Positions 27,306-40,493 of a DNA stretch of 64,000 nt are shown here, one piece after another. Position 1 is the stretch's first letter; the number at the start of each line of letters is the position of its first letter. The notes beneath the pieces were generated by a model that had not been told where the DNA came from, searched no databases, and was given only the letters and a program-made list of their open reading frames with translations. This DNA comes from Octopus sinensis (taxonomy: Eukaryota): contig NW_021824836.1 of NCBI RefSeq assembly GCF_006345805.1, positions 1 to 64,000 on the forward strand, in the 5' to 3' direction. A program made the translations under genes and the position numbers.

Positions 27306-27703
27306 TCTTTATATATAAAAGTGAAGCTGTGTGTGTGTCTCCTACGATTTAGATTCCTAACTACTCCCACATTTTGCGGTGCAGTGTAACCAAAAGCGGG
27401 TATCTTATAGTCGTGATTCATATCGAGCCCTTCTGGGTAATTAGCGCGCGTCTACGATGAGTCTACGATTTTAAAAAAATTTACCATAATTTTTTCCCAT
27501 TTTTAATGCATTTTTTTGCTATTATATAAGGGAAGTAACTCTCTAAAAATTTATTATTAAATCTCAGAACGTAAAAAGCTACAGTAACACCCACCCCCCT
27601 TGTGGTTAGCCATATTGAGATGGCTATTATACTTTACATCTCTAAAAATGCTTATATAGTTATTTCCCTTACAAACCCGAGCAACGCCGGGCGATACTGC
27701 TAG
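27306..27703 (+). mobile_element. Non-autonomous Helitron-type element, second copy
   Basis: Same termini and most of the body as 12322-12720. Confidence 0.82.
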
Positions 27704-27959
27704 TATAAAATAAAATAAACAACAATAGCAGCAAAGGATTCTAACTTTATCTAATTCTCAAGTCTGTTTGGGGAGGGGGGTTATCCTTCCTGTAATCCAT
27801 ACGATACGTAAGATGGTTTTCCCTCTTCCTTAACTCCGGGATTTGATAAGAAGATCAAGTGTAACCGACAGTCTGAAGCAGTAGGAAATGTTTACTCGAC
27901 TTTATAAGTGCAACTGAAAGTCGGTATAACCTGCATTTCCTTATTTAAAACTCATGGTT

Positions 27960-28570
27960 TAGAGTCATCTTCACCCTCATCATCATCTCCATAGTCACCT
28001 TTTTCCGTTTCTTCTCTTTTATTTTTCTTCCTCTTCCACCAGCTCCTCTTCTTCTTCTTCTTCTTCTTCTTCTTCTTCTTCTTCTTCTTCTTCTTCTTCT
28101 TCTTCTTCTTCTCTTCTTCGTCTTCTTCTTCGTCTTCTTCTTCGTCGTCGTCTTCGTCTTCTTCTTCTTCGTCTTCTTCTTCTTCTTCTTCTTCTTCTTT
28201 CTTATGCTTATCCTCCCCTCCTGTTCCTCCTCCCCTCCTCTCCTTAACCTCCTCATCCTCCTCTTTCTTCTTCCTTTCCTTTTCTCCTTCTTCTTCTTCT
28301 TCTTCTTCATCATCATCCTTATCCTTATCCTCCCCCTCCTCATCTTTCCTCCTCTTCATCCTCCCATCCTCTCCTTATCTTCTTCATCCTCCTTCTCTTT
28401 CTTCTTCCTTTCCTTTTCTTCTTCTTCTTCTCTTTCTTCTTCATACTCATCCTCATCCTTATCCTCCCTTCCTCCTCCTCCTTTTTTCTTCTTCCTTTCC
28501 TTTCCTTTCCTTCTCCTCCTCCTCCACCTCCTTCTTCTTCTCTTTCTTTCTTTCTTTCTTTCTTTCCTTT
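27960..28570. repeat. (CTT)n/CT-rich polypyrimidine tract
   Basis: Direct reading; internal ~130-bp duplication. Confidence 0.93.
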
Positions 28571-28942
28571 TATTTTATTTCCCATTTCCAAAATACTTCT
28601 GCAGTACTTTCCAACATTGAAACGGTAAAAGTTCTTCATCCTTATAACATTGGCGATGTAACAATCTTCCCCAGTCTACGCTCACATTATTTATTTACTT
28701 GTTTATTTATTCACTTACCTATTTTATTTATTTATCTATGTATTTATTAATTTATTTCTTATCTTTGTTGTAAGGTATCGCTTTACAATTTGCCAACCGT
28801 GTATCTTGTAGTAGAATCTATAGACGATATTTGAAATATTTCTGTTTCAAAAGATCAGGATACAAGATAAATTATTTATTCTACAGTGTGTGCGCCTAGG
28901 TGTTATTTGAAGATTGATAACACTCACTCCTTCTCTGTGTGT

Positions 28943-29018
<76 letters not shown>

Positions 29019-29685
29019 TGTGTGCAAGGAAGCAGTGTTACACACACATGCACACACACGTATATATAATTTCCTTATACGATTTTTCTATTTTGGCGTT
29101 GTTTCTGCGAGCTATCCAAATGATATTAGATTATTGGTCTCTCTATTCCTCTCTCTCCCCTCCCCTTCCTCCGCCTTGTACCTCCGTCTCCTACTCCTCT
29201 CCCCTACTCTCTTCCGCACTTTCTTTCCTTCTCTCTCTTACTCACTATCTCCTTATCTCTTTCTTTTTTCTCCCACCTCTCTCTATCTTAAATTGACCCC
29301 GAAGTAAAGTTGCATAGCAACGCCAGTGACATACATACAAGTTGCTAAATGGCTGACAATTCTTTGGTTTTTTTTTTTGGTTTTTTTTTTTCTGTTTGCC
29401 ATTATTTATTCATGAGGGTTTTTTTTCTTCTTTTCCTTCGGTTATTATCATTTCAAATCTCAGAAAAACAAACGAACAAATGAAACAAGACACAATTAAA
29501 TATATTTTCTTTAAATATTGTTAATGGCAACAATAGTTCCACCATTGAATAACTATTCTGAGAGTTCATCAGTTATTTTAATGGAAAATCTTGATGAATT
29601 GTTTCTGTCTCACTCATGGAGTATATAAATATATACATACGTACCTACATGAATTCATACACACATACATACACACATACATACA

Positions 29686-31010
29686 CATCATCATCATCAT
29701 CATTGTTCGACCGTGGTCGAGACAATGGAATTTACCATGTTGCGCCAGACTTCACGGTCCATCATAGCATTTCGGAGGTCCTGTTGCTGGATGCCTGTAT
29801 CCCTGGAGATTACATCAGGGTAGGAGAGTGTGCGCCCTCTGGTGTTGCGAGTAGATGGCTTCCAGAGGAGAAGAGTAGAAATTACTTCTTTTTCAGCTCT
29901 ACAACAATGTCCAGCAAACTGGACTCTCCTACCTTTCACAAGAGATGACACAGGTGGTAATTTCCATATATTTGCATTTTAGTTGGATGGCGCCTCCACG
30001 AGAGATTTTGAGCTCATAAGGAGGCGAGTGTAGGTTCCATCCAACCGCCTCTCAAGCTTCTTTGATAACGTCCAGGTTTCTGAGCCATATAGTAGGATTG
30101 GTTCGACTGTGGCTTTGAATATTTCAAGTTTGAAGTCTCTACTTAGATTGATGACCAGATCTTATGCATGTCATACAGGCTGACCAGGCCATACCCTTTC
30201 TAGTTAGAAAGTCTTTTCCAGATGATGATATGTATGACCCAAGATATTTATAATCAGAAACCATATTTAAGGGCGTGTTGTGAGAGTATGGATGATGCAA
30301 TCACTGTTGGACAGGCACTTGTTTATGTATTCAGTTTTGGCCTCATTGAGGTAAAGACCTACACAATTGAGGCTTGTTCAAGAGATTGTAAAAGAGACTG
30401 GGCATTGAAGAGAGAATCACTGATAAGAGCGATGTCGTCAGCAGTCAAAGTCAGTGTCTGTCAAGTACTCAGCTGGGTGTCTGGAACTTCTTCTTGGTTT
30501 TATTTCAAAGCCCTTGCCAGAGATGGTATCAACTGACATACGTAGCACATAATCAACAACAATGATGAAAAGAAATGGGGCGAGTGTGTCTCCCTGCAGT
30601 ATTCCGGCCTCGATCGAGAAAGATGATGTTTCTCCATCAGGGGTTAAGATGGTTGAAGACGTATCTGTGTAGAGGACCTTGATGGCAGAAATAATTTGTC
30701 TGGTATCCCATAGAGCTTAAGGATTTCAAACATCTTGTACCTATCTACAGAATCGAACGCTTTAGAAAAGTCTACAAATACCATTGCAAGATCGCGATTA
30801 AATGCTTTTGATTCTTCAATAAGTCTGCGCAGGCATAGTATCAGGCTCAGCGTTGAGCGCCCATGTCTGAATCCATTTTGGTTTGGTTCTTTCGGAGCAA
30901 AGGTTCAACAAAAAGGACAAGACGATTTGGGATCAGTTTGTTTTCCAGTTTTGCAGCAATTGACATTAGAGATATGCCCCTGTAGTTGGTGACGAGGGAC
31001 AAATCGCCAT
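29686..31010 (-). mobile_element. RTE-clade LINE (RTE-X-like), 5'-truncated RT remnant
   Basis: NYRGISLMSIAAKL RT motif; C-terminus RRVQFAGHCCRA..LLLWKP..DTG..AMMDREVWR; (GAT)n tail at 29686-29703. Confidence 0.85.
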
Positions 31011-31061
31011 ACATACACACACACATACATACATACATACATACATACATACATACATACA

Positions 31062-31092
<31 letters not shown>

Positions 31093-31138
31093 GTACATAC
31101 ATACATACATATATACATATGTACATACATATGTGTAA

Positions 31139-31368
31139 GGCGCCGAGCTGGCAGAATCGTTAGCACGCCGGGCGAAGTGCTTCGCGGTATTTCGCCCGTC
31201 GCTACGTTCTGAGTTCAAATTCCGCCGAGGTCGACTTTGCCTTTCATCCTTTCGGGGTCGATAAATTAAGTACCAGTTACGCACTGGGGCCGATGTAATC
31301 GACTTAATCCGTTTGTCTGTCCTTGTTTGCCCCCTCTATGTTTAGCCCCTTGTGGGTAGTAAAGAAAG
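31139..31368 (+). mobile_element. SINE family D monomer
   Basis: Head GGCGCCGAGCTGGCAGAATCG, B-box GAGTTCAAATTCC, TSD ACATATGT. Confidence 0.9.
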
Positions 31369-31669
31369 ACATATGTACATTGACTTATTACATTGGCACA
31401 AAAGGACAATATAAGAATTATTGTCGATCAAACTGATTCAAAATATCTTCTGAGACTGTTTTTGTTCGAATGTGATCTCAAATGGTCTTATGTAAAAGCC
31501 AAATGTTTCCTCCCTTTTTAAGGTCTTTATCAACATATTTGATGATGGTAAAAGTTCCTTAGTTCAAACATCACGAGGAAGAGAGGCACTCCCTCAAGTT
31601 GCTATATAAACTCGTCTTTGACGCTGTAGCACATTTCTTTCTACCTGCATCAAGTATTTTAAAAGTGAG

Positions 31670-31992
31670 ACCTAGACCGCGCAATCCGATTCGCTCTTTA
31701 AGCTTGGAGGTCTGCCCTTATTGGCTCAGTGGGCAGAGATAGCTGCAGTGACCAGCAAGCAATAGGTTTTACATCGGAGTGGCCTTCTCCTTGATGAATT
31801 GTTTTACAGAGCTGGACAGCTCCACCTACCCTGGAGTTGCCGGAAGGATGTCAAAGAGGGCACCAGATTTGCTGTGGAGACTGATTCCCCTAGCCTCTTC
31901 TTTCCTAAGACACTCACAAGGCAGCGAAGCTTTGTGCTTAGAATGCTAATCAACCCATAGCTGGGGACCCTGACTAATCAAGTAGTAAAAAG
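31670..31992 (-). mobile_element. Repeat resembling an RTE LINE 5' region
   Basis: Reverse complement of 63366-63592; contains a GGAGAAGG..ACTC motif remembered from RTE 5' UTRs (unverified). Confidence 0.5.
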
Positions 31993-31994
31993 AT

Positions 31995-32329
31995 AAAGAC
32001 CCCTTCAGTCATGATTGACCGTGGGGTTGCACCTTCAAAGTTCCCTTCCAAAACACAAGTCCGGGCAAAGTTGTTTATGAAAGACTAGCAGTCACCCATG
32101 CATACCAGCCTCTCCTCTCCATACCACCGATGTTATCTAAAGGAAAGGCAAACCCCGATACAGCTTGACGCCAGCGACGTCGCTACTCATTTCTACAGCT
32201 GAGTGAACGGGAACAACGTGAAATAAAGTGTCTTGCTCAAGAACACAACACACGGCTTGGTCCGGGAATTGAACTCACTAACATATGCTTGTAATCCCGA
32301 CTGTCTAACCACTGATCCATGCGCCTTCA
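31995..32329 (-). mobile_element. CORE-type SINE with tail 3
   Basis: Head, CORE (TTGAGCAAGACACTTTATTTCACG) and tail ending CATGACTGAAGGGGTC; related copy at 63039. Confidence 0.85.
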
Positions 32330-32594
32330 GGTATGTGTAATTGATTAAATCCCTCTCTTCAGAATTACTGACGTTGTGCCTAAATTACAAATAATATTTA
32401 AGTACGGTGAACTTTCAGAATCGGTAGATCATCAGATAGGATGGCTTGTGTATTTATTCTGGCTCTTTGTATTCTTCCAAATAATCCTTTCTACTATAGG
32501 CACAAGTAGCGCTGGATTAACCATTGGGCAAAATAAGCACGTGCTTAGGGCATCAAGGAAAGCGGTGTAGGTACTACAGAAATGGTGAATGGCT

Positions 32595-33026
32595 TACAAA
32601 CTGCCGGTTTGACCGGCAGTTTTTTCTAGCGGTGTCATATGAAATTGTCACCCATAATTATGACCCTAGTATTGATCTATTGCATTTCAATCTGTTTTAG
32701 GGTTAGGGTTAGGGTTAGGGGTGGAGTGAAAGGTATCTTTTTTTCTTCAGAAATGTAAATAAACTTAATCTGTTTCTTAAACGAGGGACATATTCATACA
32801 GCACAGGATGTTTTTTTTTACCTCAATAGACGTCATTGGTTGGTTGAAATTGCAGAAATTGAAGAAAAAAAACAACAACAAATATCTTACAAACTATAGA
32901 ATTTTGTCAATAAATCCAAGAGAAAAATATATTTTATAAACACATCCTACCAGTATACGAAGTTTAAAAGTGTTTAGTTACGTGGAAATTATTTTTAAAA
33001 ACTGCCGTTCAAACCGAAAAGATCCT
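32595..33026. mobile_element. Non-autonomous element with inverted subterminal repeats, terminal hairpin and internal (TTAGGG)4
   Basis: AAACTGCCGGTTTGACCGGCAGTTT palindrome at left; AAAACTGCCGTTCAAACCG at right is the reverse complement of CGGTTTGA.CGGCAGTTTT. Confidence 0.55.
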
Positions 33027-33589
33027 ACAGCACAAATAAAAAATAAATAAATCACATGAAACTTGTTTAATTACCAAAACCCTATTCGTCTTCCGCCATC
33101 TTTCACTTACATAAATGGCAGAGTAACTCTATAAAAAACCTGAAAATAGCAACAAAACCAGACATTTGTTGTATCGCGTAAACATTTTCAGAAGTGGTCG
33201 CTGGTGGTCAGGTGAAGTTTGGGAGAGGCTGAAGGGAAACAAAAATGAATCCTCATCAAATATGTATCAATGGTTTCATCCTGGGACTCTTGCACGTGCG
33301 TACGCTACAGGGTCTTTCCGCTGACACATTTCTTGTGTCATTTTGTCCGGCTAACAATTAACATATACAGAAGCACATACATTTATAAACACACATACAC
33401 ACTTCAGTACACACGCACGCGCACACACACATTACACGCACACGCACTCACGCACACACACACACACACACTCCATATCAATATCTTATGAATTTTTAAA
33501 ACGAAACGTGTGCTCGAATCACATAATAGTGTAGATGATGAGCGGAGATTTATGATAACACTATTGATTTGCAACATAGTCACAATGCC

Positions 33590-34150
33590 TCGAATTTCTG
33601 GAAGGAGGAATAGTTGTATATATCGATCATAATTGCTTGCCAGGTACGGTTCCTCATCAATCTAGGAAATATGAAAGATAAAGCTGACCTCGGTGGATTT
33701 GAACTCAGAACGTAGACAGACAGAACTAAATACTGCTTTGTCGATTCTGATAAGAATTTCTGATATAGGCACAAAGTCACAAAATGTTGAGATGGGATAT
33801 TGTTTTTTAGATAGATCCCAGAAGATTGAGAGGTAAAGTCAATCTTGGTAGGATTGAACTCAGAACGTAAGATATAACCATAAAACATTTGTCCAATTCT
33901 CCCGATTCCGGAAACCTACCCGTCTCCAAAGCTAATGATAAGGATTTCTGATCTAGGAACATTTCTGAGGGGAAGAAATTAATCGATTACACCGACCCCA
34001 GTACTAATCTGATATACAATTTGATCAACCCAGAGGGATGAAAGGTGGGGTTGATATCAGCTGGATTTGAACTAAGAACCTAAAGAGCCGTAACAAATAT
34101 CATACGGTATTTTTTCCAACGCTCTTACACTTCTTCCAGCTTGTTGCCTT
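33590..34150 (-). mobile_element. Several old SINE-D fragments
   Basis: Repeated degenerate GGATTTGAACTCAGAACG motifs. Confidence 0.65.
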
Positions 34151-34260
34151 TCAGAGCTAATAATAAAATTTAAGGTTCCAAATATGTAAAACAAAATGTA
34201 TAATACAAAGAGAGCAAAAACTTTTCCCAATATATTTAAACAGGTTCAAAATTCAATATA

Positions 34261-34860
34261 TATCTCTTTACTGCCCACAAGGGGCTAAACATAGACATAG
34301 AGGGGACAAAAAAGGACAGACAAACGGATTAAGTCGATTACATCGACCTCAGTGCGAAACTGGTACTTTATTTATCGACACCAAAAGGATGAATGGCAAA
34401 GTCAACCTCGGCGTAATTTGAACTCAGAACGTAACGGCAGACGAAATACCTATCTCTTTACTACCCACAAGGGGCTAAACACAGAGAGGACAAACCAGAC
34501 AGACAAACGGATTAAGTCGATTATATCGACCCCGTGCGTAACTGGTACTTATTTATCGACCCGAAAGGATAAAGGCAAAGTCAACCTCGGCGGAATTTGA
34601 ACTCAGAACGTAACGGTAGACGAAATACCTATTTCTTTACTGCCCACAAGGGGCTAAACACAGAGGGGACAAACAAGGACAGACATAGGTATTAAGTCGA
34701 TTACATCGACCTCAGTGCGAAACTGGTACTTAATTTATCGACACCAAAAGGATGAATGGCAAAGTCAACCTCGGCGGAATTTGAACTCAGAACGTAACGG
34801 CAGACGAAATACCGCTAAGCATTTCGCCCGGCGTGCTAACGTTTCTGCCAGCTCGCCATC
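34261..34860 (-). mobile_element. SINE family D trimer
   Basis: Three units with one head; 23-bp TSD AAACAGGTTCAAAATTCAATATA at 34238-60 and 34865-87. Confidence 0.9.
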
Positions 34861-35217
34861 TTTCAAACAGGTTCAAAATTCAATATACAAAACAAATGGT
34901 TCCCTAACTCACTAAATGCAAAGTTGCTGCGTAGGTAAGATTACAGCAGCCCACATCTCTGATCAGTTTCCGTTCCATTCACTTTCTATAACTGGGTCCT
35001 CCGAAACTGCTCGTCTACATCTAATTTTAACTGAACTATCGCACTTCAGCCGTGCAGTATATCAGGGTACCCCACATTATTTCTGACCAAATTGATGCGG
35101 AGTTTCAATTACGAAGCAAAGCTGGCCTAACCATTAAATTTCAACTACGGTATGTAAAAGCTCCTTAGTACACATATAAATCTCAGCTCATCCTAGACAT
35201 TACTATCCATAGCAAAA

Positions 35218-36250
35218 GGCGGTGTGGTGGCCGATCGTTAGCACGCTGGACAAAATACTTAGCGGCATTTCGTCCAACTTCATGTTCTGAATTCAGATAC
35301 CGCCGAGGTCGACTTTGTCTCTCATCTTTTTCAGGTCGATGAATTAAGTACCAGTTACGCACTGGGGTCGACATAATCGAGTCGTCCTTCGCCCAAAATT
35401 TCAAGCCTTGTGCTTATTATAGAAAGGATTATTATCCATAACAAAGGCGGCGAGCTGGCAGAAACGTTAGCACGCCGAGCGAAATGCTTAGCGGTATTTC
35501 GTCTGCCGTTACGTACTGAGTTCAAATTCCACCGAGGTCGACTTTGCCTTTCATCCTTTCGGGGTCGATTAAATTAAGTACCAGTTACGCACTGGGGTCG
35601 ATGTAATCGACTTAATACCTATGTCTGTCCTTGTTTGTCCCCTCTGTGTTTAGCCCCTTGTGGGTAATAAAGAAATAGGTATTTCGTCTGCCGTTACGTA
35701 CTGAGTTCAAATTCCACCGAGGTCGACTTTGCCTTTCATCCTTTCGGGGTCGATTAAATTAAGTACCAGTTACGCAATGGGGTCGATGTAATCAACTTAA
35801 TCCGTTTGTCTGTCCTTGTTTGTCCTCTCTATCCTTAGCTCCTTGTGGGTCGTAAAGAAATAGGTATTTCGTCTGCCATTACGTTGTGAGTTCAAATTCC
35901 GCCGAGGTCGACTTTACCTTTCATCCTTTCGGGGTCGATAAATAAAGTACCAGTTACGCACTGGGGTCGATGTAACCGACTTAATCCCTTTGTCTGTCCT
36001 TGTTTGTCCCCTCTATGTTTAGCCCCTTGTGGGCAGTAAATAAATAAGAATCATTAATGCGTCGGACAAAAGGCTTAGTGGCAATTCTTTCCGGCTTATT
36101 ATGTTCTTTGCTCAAATCTTGCCAAGATCAACCAAGTTTCATCCTTTCGGGGTGGGTAAAAATTAAAAATACCAGTTGAGAACTGGAGTTCATGTAATCG
36201 GCTATCCTTCTCCCACGAAATTTCAGGCCTTATGTTTATAGGAGAAATAA
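35218..36250 (+). mobile_element. SINE-D nest: old copy (35218-35428), young trimer (35446-36048), old remnant (36050-36250)
   Basis: Heads at 35218 and 35446; junctions AAAGAAATA|GGTATTTCG at 35677 and 35862. Confidence 0.85.
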
Positions 36251-36262
36251 TTATTCTCCATG

Positions 36263-36592
36263 ATTTCGATTCCCAGACCGGGCGTTGTGAGTGTTTATTG
36301 AGCGAAAACACCTAAAGCTCAACGAGGCTCCAGCAGGGGATGGTGATGATCCCTGCTGTACTCTTTCACCACAACTTTCTCTCACTCTTACTTCCTGTTT
36401 CTGTTGTACCTGTATTTCAAGGGGCCGGCCTTGTCACTCTCTGTGTCACGCTGAATATCCCCGAGAACTACGTTAAGGGTGCACGTGTCTGTGGAGTGCT
36501 CAGCCACTTACACGTTAATTTCACGAGCAGACTGTTCCGTTGATTCGGATCAACCGGAACCCTCGTCGTCGTAACCGACGGAGTTCTTCCAC
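36263..36592 (+). mobile_element. SINE family A, 5'-truncated at the B-box
   Basis: Starts TTTCGATTCCCAGACC; rest matches family A. Confidence 0.9.
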
Positions 36593-37132
36593 ATTATCCA
36601 TGACAAAAATGACAATAGTGTGTTAATTATCGACATAACAATACCAAATTATTATAATGTTGCGCATTAGTGAGCTGAAAACCTAAGAAATTACACCGCC
36701 CTAGTAGTTGACTTAAAAACACTATGGCAATTAAGGATTGTATCAATTATCCCATTTGTAACTGACACAGTTGAAGTGATCTATATACAACTATTCCTTT
36801 AGGACATTGACAGGTTATCGAAGGAAAAACATAGGAAGGTTCCATTTGGTTCAGGCATGGCTGTGTGGTTAACAAGCACCCTTTGCAATCACAAGGTTTC
36901 GGGTTCAGTTCCACAATGCGGTACCTTGTGGAGGTGTCTTATACTAGTAGACCCAAGCAGACCAATGCCTTGTGAGCGAATTTGTGAGACGGAAACTGTT
37001 ACGAAGCATGTCGTACATATATATATATATATATATAAGTTCAGCAAAAATTTAGATTCAAATGAATATGGTACTTAATTTAGATGCACCAGAATTCTGT
37101 ATGGTGTTATCCATAAAAATCCATGGGGTGAT

Positions 37133-37334
37133 TATAATCAAAATATGCAACAAGAATGACTCCGGTAATTTGTTACGATCGTTTCGTACTACATCATTTT
37201 ATTACAGCCAATTGGCTGATGAGTACTCAGCATCTTAAATCTGTTGTAATACTTACAACATTTAATAAAATGATGTCGTACGAAACGATCGTACCAAATT
37301 ACCGGAGTCATTCTTGTTGCTTATTTTGATTATA
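37133..37334. mobile_element. MITE with ~70-bp TIRs
   Basis: TATAATCAAAATATGCAACAAGAATGACTCCGGTAATTTG... is mirrored at the right end; TA flanks. Confidence 0.85.
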
Positions 37335-37347
37335 TATATATATATAT

Positions 37348-37738
37348 AGGCGCTGGAGTGGCTGTGTGGTAAGTAGCTTGCTAACCAACCACATGGTTCC
37401 GGGTTCAGTCCCACTACGTAGCATCTTGGGCAAGTGTCTTCTGCTATAGCCCCGGGCCGACCAATGCCTTGTGAGTGGATTTGGTAGACGGAAACTGAAA
37501 GAAGCCCAATTTATATATGTATATATATTTATGTGTGTGTGTATGTGTTTGTGTGTCTGTGTTTGTCCCCCTAGGATTGCTTGACAACCGATGCTGGTGT
37601 GTTTACGTCCCCGACAAAAGAGACCGATAGAACAAGTACTGGGCTTACAAAGAATAAGTCCTGGGGTCGATTTGCTCGACTAAAGGCGGTGCTCCAGCAT
37701 GGCCGCAGTCAAATGACTGAAACAAGTAAAAGGGAGAA
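37348..37738 (+). mobile_element. SINE family C
   Basis: Full structure. Confidence 0.9.
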
Positions 37739-37772
37739 AAAGATATATATATATATATATTATATATATATA

Positions 37773-37810
<38 letters not shown>

Positions 37811-37854
37811 ATAATAAATATTAGGGAATATATCTTATCCAGGACTTCATCGCT

Positions 37855-38095
37855 TCTAAACGAAGAACTCCTCCCTGGATCCTTTCAATTCACGTTGTCT
37901 ATCTCTGGCCAGTCGTGGCCATGTAGGACCCAAGTAGTAGGTGAGATCATCTCACCATCTTGTCTCTGGTCTGCTTCCTTATCTTGTCCACTGTCTTGGT
38001 GCCCATTCCATCACTCTGATTGTTTATCTGTTGTCCTTCAGTCGCGCAGTGTGGATTGCACATTCATATTTGTTCTTCTTGATGGTTGACGGAGA
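37855..38095 (-). mobile_element. RTE-like LINE 3' coding remnant
   Basis: Minus-strand translation is frameshifted and degenerate but resembles the RTE C-terminal W.GH.AR..DNRW..RV.EW.P...R.RGR...RW pattern. Confidence 0.5.
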
Positions 38096-38129
38096 GCAAC
38101 CATGCCACACACACACACACACACACACA

Positions 38130-38379
38130 CCTATATATATATAATATATATATATAATATAATATATATATATATATATATACGTATATATGTATTATGT
38201 ATATATATGTATATATATATATATATATATCTAATAATATATACATATATATATATATATAATACACAATATAATATATATATATATATATAATATCTGT
38301 CCTTATATATATATATATTATATAAATATATTATACATATATATATATACATATATATAATATCTATTATATATATATC

Positions 38380-38465
<86 letters not shown>

Positions 38466-38495
38466 TATATATATGTATAAAAAATATATATAAAA
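38130..38495. repeat. Long interrupted (TA)n
   Basis: Direct reading. Confidence 0.95.
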
Positions 38496-38956
38496 ATACA
38501 CAATGGGACAAGAACGCAAAACATTCAAAAGATGACACAAAAAATGGACGGGTCATTCAAAGCCTCTAATCTTCAGTCAAGAACCGGATCATCCTCGCAA
38601 TTTCGGATATATATACACACATGTCTATTGATACAAATATAAAGACATATTTACTCACGTGTACATTTACACACGCACGCACGCACGCACACATGCATAT
38701 ATATTGATCATACAAAAACAGACACCTGCTTTCACACACACGCACGCGCTCAAAACTCACCTACTCTTACATACATACCCTACATAATAGGAAACGTTAC
38801 ATATGGGTTTTTAAAATGAAATGTCTACTCTTATCGACTCGAAGTATAGACTGATGGTTCAGTAAATATGCTGGGATAACGATTACATTAATAACGATGA
38901 CAACCACCCAACACGATGATGATGACGACGACATTGACGACAGTGACAACAACTAC

Positions 38957-40393
38957 GATGGCGGTGGTGGTGGTGGCGGTGGCGGCGGCGGCGGTGGTGG
39001 TGGTGTCGGCGGCGGCGGCGGTGGTGGTGGTGGTGGTTTTGGTGGTGATGGTGGTGGTGGTGGTGGTGGTGTGGTAGTGTCGGCGGCGGCGGTGGTGGTG
39101 GTAGTGGTGGTGGTGGTGGTGTCGGCGGCGGTGGTGGTGTCGGCGGTGGTGGTGGTGGTGGTGGCGGTGGTGGTTTTGGTGGTGATGGTGGTGGTGGTGG
39201 TGGTGGTAGTGTCGGCGGCGGCGGTGGTGGTGGTGGTGGTGGTAGTGGTGGGGTGGTGGTGGTCGGCGGCGGTGGGGGGTGGTCGGCGGCGGTGGTGGTG
39301 TCTGGCGGCGGTGGTGGTGGTGGTGGTGGTGGTGGTGGTGGTGGTGGTGTCGGCTGCGGCGATGGTGGCGGTGGTGGTGGCGGTGGTGGTGGTGGTGGTG
39401 GTGGTGGTGGTAGTGTCGGCGGCGGCGGTGGTGGTGTCGGCGGCGGCGGTGGTGGTGTCGGCGGCGGTGGTGGTGTCGGCGGTGGTGGTGGTGGTGGTGG
39501 TGGTGGTGTCGGGCTGCGGCGATGGTGGCGGTGGTGGTGGCGGTGGTGGTGGTGGTGGTGGGGTGGTGGTGGTGGTGGTGGTGGTGGTAATGATGATGAG
39601 AGTGATCATGGCGCGGTAGTGGTATTCATGATGATAATGATGATGATGATGAGAATAAGAACAGCTGCGACAGTAGCAACAGCAACAACAATAACACCAA
39701 CATCCATGCTGTAGCAATATTACACGACAATCACTGGCAGCGTCTCAGTTAATGATGCACCTAATGCAATACTGCAATGGTGTACGGTGAGACAATGACG
39801 ACGATGATGATGATGATGATGATGATGACGAGGAGGAGGATGAGGAGGATGAGGAAAAATAAGAGAAGGATATAGATAAGGATTCTGGTATTGATGATGA
39901 TGGTGGTGGTGGTGGTGGTGGTGGTGGTGGTTGGTGCTGTTGGTGGTGGTGGTGGTGGTGATGATGCTGAGGAGGAGGAGGAGAGGAAGAGGAGGAGGAG
40001 GAGAGGAAGAGGAGGAGGAGGAGAGGAAGAGGAGGAGGAGGAGAGGAAGAGGAGGAGGAGGAGGAAAAGATGATAATATGATGATATGATGGTGATCAGG
40101 AGGAGGAGGAGGAGGAGGAAAAGGAGGTGGAAGCGGAGGAGGAGAAAAAGGAAGAAGAAGAGAGGCGGAAGAGGAAAAGGAGGAGGAAGAGGTGGAGGAG
40201 GAGGAGGAAGATGGTGTTGACGACGACGGTGATTACATATCTGTCTGTGGCAAAGATGATCACAACGACGACGACGACGACGATAATGATGATATTGATG
40301 GAGTGGTGGTGGTGTGGTGGTGGTGGTGGTGGCAGACGGCGATTATTAAATGATCGTAGTAATAAAGGAGGTGATAATGATGATGATGACGAC

Positions 40394-40452
<59 letters not shown>

Positions 40453-40453
40453 C

Positions 40454-40493
<40 letters not shown>

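Noticed and set aside
32698-32721. Telomere or chromosome fusion site
   Set aside because: Only four hexamers, inside a transposon-like element
38500-38610. Fourth hammerhead motif (minus strand CTGAAGA...)
   Set aside because: No GAAA core or stem II; at best a decayed relic next to (TA)n
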